A stretch of 59,735 bases of DNA from a virus (lineage: Duplodnaviria; Caudoviricetes). Below, piece after piece: positions 1 to 8,528 of this stretch. The notes beneath the pieces were generated by a model. The model was not told the origin of the DNA and ran no database searches. It saw nothing but the letters and a program-made list of their open reading frames with translations. Within the stretch, counting starts at the first letter, position 1. Each line of letters starts with the position of its first letter. The translations under genes were made by a program, and so were the position numbers. The stretch covers positions 1 through 59,735 of the IMG/VR virus record IMGVR_UViG_3300008012_000002. One strand, written 5' to 3'.

Positions 1-123
1 GCTTTGAGCGGAGCTGGTCACACATACGGCGATGCGGTTAAGTGTTCTGCTAAAATTGGAGCTTCTTTTGAAGATCAGGACCCCGTTACTTTCCAATTCT
101 TTGTATCTGCGTCGCTTAGCACA
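1..123. repeat. Terminal overlap, copy 1 (identical to 59613-59735); circular assembly
   Basis: Exact 123-nt match between the window start and end; an ORF reads in frame across the junction. Confidence 0.95.
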
Positions 124-291
124 TTCGATGTCCCTCAGGATGTGTCTTACACTATGCAGTTTTCTGATGGCCTCCAGATACCAACCACCTCTATCGGATT
201 CCTAAATCCCAGCGGCAACCCCGACGATCTCCCAAGTACTGGGGATGTTATTTATATCAAAGACGTTAAAGTAGAGTTACTTACACCATGA
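1..291 (+). CDS. 3' part of the junction-spanning hypothetical protein
   Basis: In frame with the 59292 ATG through the overlap; stop overlaps the next start (ATGA). Confidence 0.75.
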   Translation, partial: ALSGAGHTYGDAVKCSAKIGASFEDQDPVTFQFFVSASLSTFDVPQDVSYTMQFSDGLQIPTTSIGFLNPSGNPDDLPSTGDVIYIKDVKVELLTP

Positions 292-686
292 TGAACTCAA
301 GCACAATGAGCGACATGCTCAGAGATATGATGATGCAGCGCGAAGAGCAGGCATCACAACCAGAGATGATTATGCCTGGGGAGGCAGCTTCCCCTGTCAT
401 GTATGAAGCAGAGACTGGTAGAGCCTACGTTATCTACGAGGACGAAGAAGGTGGTCGCAACAAAGTGTTCGGCAACTGGGAGATGTACATCGCAGGGCAG
501 GATGATCTCGGCAACGAGATGATCGCGCCAGAGCAGTACCCTGTTTCTAGAGACGACGCTGGCGACCTCGTTCTCGACGAGGAAGCCCTCGAAGAGATGG
601 TAATGGAGGAGCAAGCTGCAGAAGAAGAACAAATGATGAACCCCGAACAAGACATGGGAGGTATGCCTATGCAGTTCATGGAATAA
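288..686 (+). CDS. Acidic, Met/Glu-rich hypothetical protein
   Basis: ORF coupled to the upstream gene; phage-like codon usage. Confidence 0.75.
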   Translation: MMNSSTMSDMLRDMMMQREEQASQPEMIMPGEAASPVMYEAETGRAYVIYEDEEGGRNKVFGNWEMYIAGQDDLGNEMIAPEQYPVSRDDAGDLVLDEEALEEMVMEEQAAEEEQMMNPEQDMGGMPMQFME

Positions 687-693
687 CAACGAT

Positions 694-1188
694 ATGGCTA
701 AACCACTATTTCACGGGATTAAAACTCACCCAAGCAAGAGAAAGAAGTCGAACATTGTCAAAAACCGCGCAGACTTCAACCTTCGAAACACTCTTGAAAA
801 CATCGCTGAAAGAAGACGTCAGAAGATGAACGAAGGTTATGAAGCCGAGGAGCAGGAGGCTCAAGAGGATGGCGTCGTTCAGGGCATGTGCGATAAAGAC
901 GGATGCAGTGCTTACGATCAAACAGGAAGCAGCGAAGGAGCTGGTGAGGAAAAAGAAATGAGAGAACCCCTGGCTCAAAAGCTAGCAAACGCTATCATGG
1001 GCATGAAGGGAAACAAGTACGACCGCATCCAAGCTAGGAAGAAGAGATTGAATCAGCAGTTTAGACAGGGGCTTGGAAGCAAGCACAACATGGTCATGTA
1101 CAACCCCATTAACAGACTCAGAAAGAGAAGAGCTAATACTCAGTTGTACAGACTTAAGCAAAGACACGACGGAGTACAATCAGCATAA
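694..1188 (+). CDS. Hypothetical protein
   Basis: 164-aa ORF in a tightly packed + strand operon. Confidence 0.7.
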   Translation: MAKPLFHGIKTHPSKRKKSNIVKNRADFNLRNTLENIAERRRQKMNEGYEAEEQEAQEDGVVQGMCDKDGCSAYDQTGSSEGAGEEKEMREPLAQKLANAIMGMKGNKYDRIQARKKRLNQQFRQGLGSKHNMVMYNPINRLRKRRANTQLYRLKQRHDGVQSA

Positions 1189-1197
1189 ACTAACAAC

Positions 1198-1416
1198 ATG
1201 AAAAAATCATACAAAGGCGGCGGAGGTATTGCGAAGAAGCTCAGTGGCGCACTGAGGAAGGCTGCTGCAAAAGCATCAAAGAACGCCAGCAAGCAATCGA
1301 GAAAGGCTGCATCAGCTAAGACTGATCTTGGATTTGCATTCCACACAAAAAGATCTAAGAAGGCTGCAAACAGAGCCCAGAGACGCAGAAACGCTGCTAG
1401 AAGACTTTCTCGCTAA
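1198..1416 (+). CDS. Small Lys/Arg/Ala-rich basic protein (possible DNA-condensing virion protein)
   Basis: 72 aa, highly basic, starts MKKSYKGGG. Confidence 0.65.
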   Translation: MKKSYKGGGGIAKKLSGALRKAAAKASKNASKQSRKAASAKTDLGFAFHTKRSKKAANRAQRRRNAARRLSR

Positions 1417-1419
1417 TAC

Positions 1420-1890
1420 GTGAAACTGTCCAAGAACCTCACTCTCAAGGAGTGCCTTCGCAGCAAGACTGCAAAGCGCCTTGGGATTGACAACACACCC
1501 GAAGATGAAACAGTCATCAAAAACCTGGAGAAAGTTGCAAGATTTATTTTTCAACCTCTCCGCGACGCTTTCGGGTGCCCTATATACGTGTCGTCAGGCT
1601 ATCGTTGCCCTGATCTCAACCGTGCGATCGGTGGCTCAAAGCGCAGTCAGCACATGGAAGGAAGAGCACTCGACCTTGACGCAGACGTTTACGGACGTTG
1701 TACAAACGCTCAGATCTTCAACTGGATTAAAAACAATCTGGACTTTGATCAAATCGTTTGGGAGTTTGGTACTGAAGACAATCCTGATTGGGTTCACGTT
1801 AGTTATGTTTCTGAAGACGACAATCGTAACCGCTGTCTTGTGGCTAAGAGAGACGATAAAGGCAAGGTTTACTACGAAGTCTTAACTTGA
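1420..1890 (+). CDS. Endolysin, peptidase M15 family Zn peptidase
   Basis: Motifs SSGYRC, SQH..G.A.D and WVHVSY typical of Peptidase_M15_3. Confidence 0.88.
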   Translation: MKLSKNLTLKECLRSKTAKRLGIDNTPEDETVIKNLEKVARFIFQPLRDAFGCPIYVSSGYRCPDLNRAIGGSKRSQHMEGRALDLDADVYGRCTNAQIFNWIKNNLDFDQIVWEFGTEDNPDWVHVSYVSEDDNRNRCLVAKRDDKGKVYYEVLT

Positions 1891-1891
1891 T

Positions 1892-1899
1892 TATATTTG
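1892..1899 (+). promoter_or_regulatory. TATATTTG -7 promoter element (also at 5451, 10652, 17112, 18656, 22074, 28634, 58134, 59133; - strand variants at 3498, 41975, 42057, 45969)
   Basis: Matches the Bacteroidota TAnnTTTG element; sits at gene boundaries just upstream of starts (42057 has no following ORF). Confidence 0.8.
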
Positions 1900-1902
1900 T
1901 AT

Positions 1903-3081
1903 ATGCGTAAGTACCGAGCAATTAAAGCAGAAGAGGGAGTTAGATTTGGATATCGTCCATCTAGTTTCTCTCGAAACACAGGGGCTGATAGTTCAAGGTA
2001 CACTACGCCTAGCTTCTCCAGTGGTATGTTTACCGACCCTCTTGCTGGAACTAAAAGCTACCTCAAGGGTGCTTCTTCAGGATCAGAAGAAGAAGGGTCA
2101 TCAGCATCTACTGGTAACGTCGAGGGTGGAGCAGCGGAGCTTGGGCTGCAGAAGGGGAGCACGGAAAGACCAGAGCTTCTGTTTAGACAGGGTTCTGACA
2201 GAATGAGAGACAGGATGTCTCGCAGAAAGTACAGAGCCACCAAGCGTGGTGAAGTTTACGATCCAGAACAAGAGCTTACCATGAAGGGTAAGAGGGATCA
2301 AAGAAAAGCTGATCGCCTTCAGAAGAGGCTCGACAAGACCACTGACGCTATGATGGAGTCGGGTCAGGAAGCGGCTCAGTTGCAGGGAGCAAGACTTGAT
2401 CAGAATCAACTCAGAAGAGAGGCTTCTGATGCTGAGTACGCTTACGACAAGGACCGATATGACAAGGCTCGTGCTGCGCAGGGACCTGGGCCTATGGGCA
2501 TGGGGGATAGCAAGGACCCATCAAACCTTGTCCCAACTGGTCCTTCTGGTAGTTCCCTTACTGCACCAACAAGAAGACAAGTCACTGATGACGAAGCCTC
2601 TAAGGAAGAGCTCAGTGCGTTCAATCGGACAGAGAAGCTTGACAAGAGGAGAGAAAAGCTTCTGAAGAAGCAGGGCAAGCTCGACACACCAGAGACTGCT
2701 CAAGGCAAGTACGAGCGCAAGCTTAGAGAAGAGGATGCGAAGGAGCTCATGCGTAAAGAGCAGGGTAGATACGGCTGGCCATACACAGAGGACATGAACC
2801 TCTTGCCCGAACATCAAGAAGCATTGAAGCAGCAGAGATCTGGTCAAAACATCACAAGCAGGTCATTTGGTCACTATGACCTCGACGCAGCAAAGAATGC
2901 TGAGCTCAAGGCAAAGTTGTATCCTACAGGAAGCTCATCAGTGACTCCCATCATGACCACCCAAACCACCACGGGCGAGGGCGATACTGCCTACGAAAGA
3001 GTGACGGGAAAGAAGAACCCCTTTGCACGAAGCGGTGAGAATGGCTTGAAGATCAAGAGAGGTTACAGAGCTATTCGCTAA
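1903..3081 (+). CDS. Hypothetical low-complexity (possibly internal virion) protein
   Basis: Long ORF; ATG at 1903 follows a TATATTTG promoter element. Confidence 0.75.
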   Translation: MRKYRAIKAEEGVRFGYRPSSFSRNTGADSSRYTTPSFSSGMFTDPLAGTKSYLKGASSGSEEEGSSASTGNVEGGAAELGLQKGSTERPELLFRQGSDRMRDRMSRRKYRATKRGEVYDPEQELTMKGKRDQRKADRLQKRLDKTTDAMMESGQEAAQLQGARLDQNQLRREASDAEYAYDKDRYDKARAAQGPGPMGMGDSKDPSNLVPTGPSGSSLTAPTRRQVTDDEASKEELSAFNRTEKLDKRREKLLKKQGKLDTPETAQGKYERKLREEDAKELMRKEQGRYGWPYTEDMNLLPEHQEALKQQRSGQNITSRSFGHYDLDAAKNAELKAKLYPTGSSSVTPIMTTQTTTGEGDTAYERVTGKKNPFARSGENGLKIKRGYRAIR

Positions 3082-3493
3082 ACAAAGCGTAGAAGCGCTG
3101 AACTAACAGCCTCGCCCTTTGGGTGATTGCATATCGCACCCTATAATTGTACTTAGTTTCTTCCCTGAACAAATGATCTTCGTGCCGATCACTAGGCGTA
3201 AGCTTATCGAAGTGCTTGTACACCAACCCTGCTTTCATCAGCGGGTAGATGATTCTGTCCCCCATGTTGTTCTTGTTGAACCCATACTCATCAGCCGCGT
3301 AGTTGAGAGTCCAGAACTCTTTGTCGTAAGCCCAAAGAAGAAACTCAAGGTGACTGAAGCTAACCTCGTTGTCTTCGCAAAACATTGTCCTTTTACTACG
3401 AAGATCTTTCAAGAAGTTTTTGTTGACGAACTTTTTGTCTAAGAACGATACCTCTCGAAAGAGCCTGGATCGTTTCACTTTTGACTTTGGCAT
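3071..3493 (-). CDS. Putative winged-helix (MarR-like) DNA-binding protein
   Basis: Pattern LEFLLW...L.KAGLV.K...Y.IT.RAR; has its own TATCTTTG promoter; only clear - strand gene in the late arm. Confidence 0.5.
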   Translation of the reverse strand: MPKSKVKRSRLFREVSFLDKKFVNKNFLKDLRSKRTMFCEDNEVSFSHLEFLLWAYDKEFWTLNYAADEYGFNKNNMGDRIIYPLMKAGLVYKHFDKLTPSDRHEDHLFREETKYNYRVRYAITQRARLLVQRFYALFSE

Positions 3494-3525
3494 AGATCAA
3501 AGATAATCCTTATCTTTAACGTATC

Positions 3526-3825
3526 ATGAAAAAAGAAGAAGCAGATTTTATCGCTGAGATTTACGAGCAAGTACAGAAGATTGAGGAGATGATCAACGCT
3601 TCTGAGTACAGGGATAGAGTCATGGCTGGCCTCGTTATCGGATTGATGGACGAGTTTGACATCGAGAAAGACCCAGACAATGTGGAGATGAAGTCTCTGT
3701 TTAGCTTTAACCTCAGGTCTAGAAGCGAGCTCGAAGTAATCAAAGAGATTATGGATGAGATGTACACGGACTCTGGTGGAGATCTGGAGGACATGCTTGG
3801 AGATCTTGGCATATCTTTGAACTGA
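3526..3825 (+). CDS. Acidic hypothetical protein
   Basis: 99-aa ORF divergent from 3071..3493. Confidence 0.75.
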   Translation: MKKEEADFIAEIYEQVQKIEEMINASEYRDRVMAGLVIGLMDEFDIEKDPDNVEMKSLFSFNLRSRSELEVIKEIMDEMYTDSGGDLEDMLGDLGISLN

Positions 3826-3826
3826 T

Positions 3827-4114
3827 ATGCGAGTCATTAAGAAAAAACCAAAACCCGCACCGCGTCAAGGCACAAGAAAGAACCCAGATGGTTCTGAGTC
3901 TACGCACCTGTATGCTACAGAAACTCTAGACGGTAAGAACTGGGTTAGCTTTCCTACACTGTTTCAGAATCAAGATGGATCGTGGGTAGACATGTCTCAG
4001 GGAGACTGGGTAGATGCCTACAACGAAGCAAAGAAAAGAGGAGAGGTTATTGACTTCGGAAGAAGAAAAAGAAAAGCATTATCTTTTGGTGAAGGTAGCT
4101 GGAAAGATCAATGA
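3827..4114 (+). CDS. Hypothetical protein
   Basis: 95-aa ORF with tight spacing. Confidence 0.7.
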   Translation: MRVIKKKPKPAPRQGTRKNPDGSESTHLYATETLDGKNWVSFPTLFQNQDGSWVDMSQGDWVDAYNEAKKRGEVIDFGRRKRKALSFGEGSWKDQ

Positions 4115-4121
4115 TGCAATC

Positions 4122-4292
4122 ATGAAAGACAAAGGATTAGGCGACACTATCGCCAGAGCAACAAAAGCAACTGGAATTAACGCGCTTGTCAAGGCCGTCA
4201 CAAAAGACTGTGGCTGTAAGAAGAGACAAGAGAAATTGAATAACATGTTCCCTTATGGAAGGACTAATCAGAAAAATCGTAATAGGCCGTGA
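4122..4292 (+). CDS. Small conserved phage protein (KGLGDTI...DCGC..RQEKLN)
   Basis: Motif recalled as recurrent in aquatic phages; start reassigned to ATG 4122. Confidence 0.65.
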   Translation: MKDKGLGDTIARATKATGINALVKAVTKDCGCKKRQEKLNNMFPYGRTNQKNRNRP

Positions 4293-4491
4293 CCCTAAGA
4301 ACGGCATGGCATACTACATCGGTATGCGTGCTGGAGACGGAAAGGTGTCGGCCATTCTAGAAGACGAAAGACACTTAGTGAAATACGGGAAGGTGAGATA
4401 CCTCATTTACATTGATAGAGAGGACGGTACCCTTCTGTGGAAGGCAGTAGACGAAATGCCTTGCTTACTTGAATTTGATCTTAACTTCTAA
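4255..4491 (+). CDS. Hypothetical protein
   Basis: 78-aa ORF coupled to the GroES-like gene. Confidence 0.7.
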   Translation: MEGLIRKIVIGRDPKNGMAYYIGMRAGDGKVSAILEDERHLVKYGKVRYLIYIDREDGTLLWKAVDEMPCLLEFDLNF

Positions 4492-5087
4492 TGAAAACGT
4501 ACAACTACTTTATTGTGGAGATCCCCACGAGGATCAAGGATACCGTCACCACAGACGGAGGTCTGGAGCTCTATGTCGATAACAAGTTCAAAGAGTTCGA
4601 GAATAGAGTGAACGAGGGTAAGGTAGTAGCCGCCCCGTTCAAGTATGACCACGGAGTGGAAGAGGGGGATACGCTTTACTTTCATCACCACGTCGTTATC
4701 AACGACGGACAACCACTGACAGGACATGAAGATCACTACGTCGTTGTTTACTCTCATGGGCCCGAAACTCCCATGGCCAGCCAAGCATTCGCTTTTAAGA
4801 ATCAACAAGGAGAAATCAAACTCCTTTCGGGCTGGTGTTTACTTGAAGAGGTTGACGAGCCCGAAGTGGAACAAGCCGCCATCGTCGAAGCTGTATCTCT
4901 TGAGGAATCACCTAAGCTTCGGGGGAGAGTCGCATTCACCTCTGGGGAATGGATGAAAGACCTCGGCCTTGATGTTGGAGACATCGTTGGGTTCCAAAAG
5001 AACAGAGACTACAGACTCAAGGTGGATGGCAAGGAGTACTACCGTGTAAGAGCAGAAGACCTTCTCTATGTCGAGGAAGAAGTTTGA
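4491..5087 (+). CDS. Tandem GroES-like co-chaperonin
   Basis: Two GroES-like halves (G.VVAAP...VEEGD.LYF and GRV...LDVGDIV.F...VDGKEYY.V.AEDLL). Confidence 0.7.
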   Translation: MKTYNYFIVEIPTRIKDTVTTDGGLELYVDNKFKEFENRVNEGKVVAAPFKYDHGVEEGDTLYFHHHVVINDGQPLTGHEDHYVVVYSHGPETPMASQAFAFKNQQGEIKLLSGWCLLEEVDEPEVEQAAIVEAVSLEESPKLRGRVAFTSGEWMKDLGLDVGDIVGFQKNRDYRLKVDGKEYYRVRAEDLLYVEEEV

Positions 5088-5358
5088 CACCGTATCCGCA
5101 TCGAAGCGGCTGATGGATAGTATGGCTGCGGCAATCGACAATATGATCGACGAGATCCGAAAGCCAGTAGACCCAGAGGTCAGCGGCAGCGCACGCAAGG
5201 CCGAACTTCAATCCATCAAGCAGACCGCAACAGATTGTAAAGAACTAATCATCGAGCGCCAGAAGCTAGAGCAGATGGTGACAGATCTACAGAACAATGG
5301 ACAAATCGAAGAAGACAAAGATTACTCAGGAGGGTTCGCAGAAAGATTCTCAAAGTGA
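5068..5358 (+). CDS. Helical protein, candidate terminase small subunit
   Basis: All-helical 96 aa ending GGFAERFSK, upstream of terL; assignment by synteny only. Confidence 0.4.
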   Translation: MSRKKFDTVSASKRLMDSMAAAIDNMIDEIRKPVDPEVSGSARKAELQSIKQTATDCKELIIERQKLEQMVTDLQNNGQIEEDKDYSGGFAERFSK

Positions 5359-5461
5359 GTACTGGTGGAGCAACATCACCATAACTGACAAGGATGTAGA
5401 GCGTTACAGATTCTGGGAAAGCATGTGGAACGAGGAATACGAGGATTGATTATATTTGCGT

Positions 5462-6181
5462 ATGCCTCGAAAGCCAAAAGAACCAACTCAGTTTGAAAAA
5501 GAGATCTTAAACTACTTAGCTGAGTCTGGAGCAAGTCGCGCAAAAAAGCATAAGTTCCCTGAGATTACTTATGTAGAAGATTATGGTAGTGGGGTTGTTC
5601 CAGAGTTTGCGAACCCATTCAATCCCTTTCACGTTAGCCCAGACGATATAGTTGTCGAAGACGTATTGAACTACATTGCTAGTGACATGTACGGTCCTAA
5701 CTCCATCGAGGGAGAATCTTTACGAAGGGATGCTGTAATCGCAAAGTCTCTTGAAGACGATGAGCTTGTGAATTACGAAGAGTCCATCCATGGAGCTCAG
5801 AAAAGAAAGTTCCTGGACAACACCTTGGGTCGAGGGGTAGGTAAATCAAAGAGGCAGCTGAGAAGAGCCGTAAAGGATGCGTTTAGTCCAGAGTTAATGG
5901 ATGCGGTTTACAAGGGTCCAAGTGGTCTTAGGGGCTACGTGCTTTCTGGGCCAGGAAGCAACATGGAGACTGAAGCTAAGGCTATAGCTACTAAGGCAGC
6001 TATGCAGAAGTACGGGGTTATCGACTCACCTCAAATGACTGACTCTGACTTGGATAGCATCAACGCATGGTACAAGGCGAACCCCGACAGACAAGACAGC
6101 TTCGCGTACTTGTTCCACACCGACACCTTAAAGAATGAAGAATATCGTAAGGCTCTTCTTGACTTTATGAATAAGTTCTGA
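5462..6181 (+). CDS. Hypothetical protein
   Basis: ATG 3 nt after TATATTTG. Confidence 0.75.
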   Translation: MPRKPKEPTQFEKEILNYLAESGASRAKKHKFPEITYVEDYGSGVVPEFANPFNPFHVSPDDIVVEDVLNYIASDMYGPNSIEGESLRRDAVIAKSLEDDELVNYEESIHGAQKRKFLDNTLGRGVGKSKRQLRRAVKDAFSPELMDAVYKGPSGLRGYVLSGPGSNMETEAKAIATKAAMQKYGVIDSPQMTDSDLDSINAWYKANPDRQDSFAYLFHTDTLKNEEYRKALLDFMNKF

Positions 6182-6193
6182 TATCTTAGCTGT

Positions 6194-6361
6194 ATGAAAT
6201 TCATTTTTACTCTACTCTCAGTCTGTTTCTTGTTGGCGTCCTGCGCCCCACACTCCACAGTTACAAAGCACCACAGGTATCATAACTGGAAGCAACAAGG
6301 CCCAGACTTCCCAGACATCGGAAACCTCGGTGAGCCAGAGCCCTGTTCCTGTAACTGGTAA
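6194..6361 (+). CDS. Small lipoprotein (55 aa; not in the ORF track)
   Basis: MKFIFTLLSVCFLLASC: signal peptide II with LASC lipobox. Confidence 0.65.
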   Translation: MKFIFTLLSVCFLLASCAPHSTVTKHHRYHNWKQQGPDFPDIGNLGEPEPCSCNW

Positions 6362-6368
6362 CAGGTAT

Positions 6369-6442
6369 GCGCTCGTAGCTCAGCTGGATAGAGCATCTGC
6401 CTTCTAAGCAGACGGTCCCAGGTTCGAATCCTGGCGGGCGTA
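6369..6442 (+). tRNA. tRNA-Arg (anticodon TCT)
   Basis: Full cloverleaf: GCGCTCG/CGGGCGT, D arm GCTC/GAGC, TCTGC-CTTCTAA-GCAGA, T loop TTCGAAT. Confidence 0.95.
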
Positions 6443-6460
6443 CAATTCAATCTAATAACA

Positions 6461-6646
6461 ATGGCTGATTACATTTGCGACTGCGACAAAAAGCACGAAG
6501 AGAGCAAGAGCGGCGTATCCATTAAGTTTGGGGATGACGGCGCATACCACGACATCAAGTGTCCGTGCGGCAAGTACATGAAGATCAAAAACCCCAAGAC
6601 AGGGGTACCTTCCTTTAAGAGAGATAGTCACGGTCGAGTTTACTGA
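6461..6646 (+). CDS. Small zinc-ribbon protein
   Basis: CDC..KH...CPCG motif, 61 aa. Confidence 0.65.
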   Translation: MADYICDCDKKHEESKSGVSIKFGDDGAYHDIKCPCGKYMKIKNPKTGVPSFKRDSHGRVY

Positions 6647-7776
6647 TGGGTAAGAACAAGATCTGTCTTGCCATGATCGTTAAGAACGAAGAGCAGGACA
6701 TCCGAAGATGCCTAGACAGCGTTAAGGATCATATCGACTACTGGGTTATATCAGACACTGGGTCTGAAGACAACACCAAACAGCTTATCCAGGAAATCAT
6801 GGATGAGCATGGAGTGCCTGGAGAGCTTCACGAGCACAAGTGGAAAGACTTTTCTACCAACAGAAACTACGTCCTCGAACTCGCTAAGGAGCACGGGGAC
6901 TTTGTTTGGTTTATGGATGCCGATGACAACTTCGTGCCTCAATCCAAAAGACCCCTCAACGCTCTGGACAAAGATGAGCACGAAGGGGCGTGCATTGAAT
7001 TTCAAGTCTTAGGGTACAAGTTTACCAGAAACTGCATCATCAACGTAAAGCACAACTGGGCTTATCATGGCGTTCTTCACGAGGTTTTAATGATCGACGG
7101 GGAGCCAACCCCAACCCCTCAAATTACAAACTGTCACATCGTTGCTAGGTCTTCACCAACCAAAAGGGCTGAAACTGAAGAGGAGAAGTACAGACAAGAT
7201 GCAAAGATTCTTTTGAAGGAGTATAAAAAAGATCCTAGCAATACCCGAACCATATTCTATTTGGCTCAGTCATACAGGGACTGTGGGGATCACGCTAAAT
7301 CTATCAAGTACTACAAAGAAAGACTGAAGCATCCAGACAAAGGCTTTAAGGATGAGCTTGAGATTTCTGCAATAGAGCTTACAAAGGGAATGGTTAAGCT
7401 TGGCAAGAGTCCTGCTGATTGTTTGTACTGGGCTATGAAGGCGTGGGAATACAATCCATACAGGATTGAACCAGCCATTCTTTTGATGGAGATCTACATG
7501 ATGCAAGACATGTACTTCGCTGCTTTTGCAATAGGCCAAGCCGCCTCAGGCATATCAGATCCAAACAAAGTCGGTCTTCATCACAACAGCTACGACAGAA
7601 AAGTCAGGTTCAGAGCTCACTACTCTTACGCTTGTTATAGGATAGGACTGTACAATCTTTCGGTTGCTAATATGGAGAACGTTCTCAAGGAGGAGATGAC
7701 GGAAGAAGAAAGGCAATCACATGAAAAACACTACAAGGTCTATAAGAAGGCAATGGAAAAGGCTTTTGATCAATGA
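6646..7776 (+). CDS. Glycosyltransferase family 2 with TPR repeats
   Basis: ICLAMIVKNEE, DTGSED, F...RN, MDADD, then TPR-like helices (FYLAQSY). Confidence 0.9.
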   Translation: MGKNKICLAMIVKNEEQDIRRCLDSVKDHIDYWVISDTGSEDNTKQLIQEIMDEHGVPGELHEHKWKDFSTNRNYVLELAKEHGDFVWFMDADDNFVPQSKRPLNALDKDEHEGACIEFQVLGYKFTRNCIINVKHNWAYHGVLHEVLMIDGEPTPTPQITNCHIVARSSPTKRAETEEEKYRQDAKILLKEYKKDPSNTRTIFYLAQSYRDCGDHAKSIKYYKERLKHPDKGFKDELEISAIELTKGMVKLGKSPADCLYWAMKAWEYNPYRIEPAILLMEIYMMQDMYFAAFAIGQAASGISDPNKVGLHHNSYDRKVRFRAHYSYACYRIGLYNLSVANMENVLKEEMTEEERQSHEKHYKVYKKAMEKAFDQ

Positions 7777-8528
7777 TTGTAGCGTCCTTTACAACGTCTC
7801 CTTCTCGCATTCATAAGTGCGAAAAGACAGTGGACTCCATCTTAAATCAAGAAGTTGCTCCAGACATTGTTCTTTTGAACATTCCAGAAAAGTACAGGGG
7901 GTCATCCGAGTACTCAATTCCAAAATTTGTTTCTGATAAAGTAATTGTAAACGTTATTAAAAACGATTTAGGACCAGGTACAAAGGTGCTTGGATCTCTG
8001 ATGTATTGCAACTCAAACAACATAACTCCTGAGAAACTGATTTACTTTGACGATGATGTCGTCTACCCAAAGGGAATGATTGGGTCTATGCTTATGTGCT
8101 CAAAAAAAGGAAGGGTTGTTGGAGCCTCTTGTTTTGACGCTTTTTCCAACTCTCAAGTTGGGATATTTTTTCACAGGTCGAATGTATCTCACCAGGTGGT
8201 CGAGGGCTTTGCTGGCGTGTGCGTTGACTACAAAGACCTAGACGGACTTTTGGAGTATTTTGAATCGCTTCCAAATACCGAAGAGGTTCTGAGGTCTGAC
8301 GATCTGTACCTGTCATTGTTTTATCACGAAAAAAAATGCTCAATAAGACCAATAGATATGCCAGGGGTCTACAGTTTTGTTGACCTATTTAGTGAGGGTA
8401 GGATTCTTGAATATGGAAATGAAGGTGATGCACTTCACAATCAAGAGGTTAGCAATGTTGAGCGGTATTTATATGCCGCGAGACAGATATCTGAAACTAG
8501 AAACGTGTCTTTACCAAACCTCCCCTAA
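7773..8528 (+). CDS. GT-A fold glycosyltransferase
   Basis: SFTTSPSRI, DSILNQ, DLGPGTK, YFDDD, EGFAG and DDLYLS motifs. Confidence 0.8.
   Translation: MIVASFTTSPSRIHKCEKTVDSILNQEVAPDIVLLNIPEKYRGSSEYSIPKFVSDKVIVNVIKNDLGPGTKVLGSLMYCNSNNITPEKLIYFDDDVVYPKGMIGSMLMCSKKGRVVGASCFDAFSNSQVGIFFHRSNVSHQVVEGFAGVCVDYKDLDGLLEYFESLPNTEEVLRSDDLYLSLFYHEKKCSIRPIDMPGVYSFVDLFSEGRILEYGNEGDALHNQEVSNVERYLYAARQISETRNVSLPNLP

Noticed and set aside
1-123. Direct terminal repeat as the biological genome end
   Set aside because: It falls inside a continuous ORF, so it is most simply an assembly overlap of a circular contig
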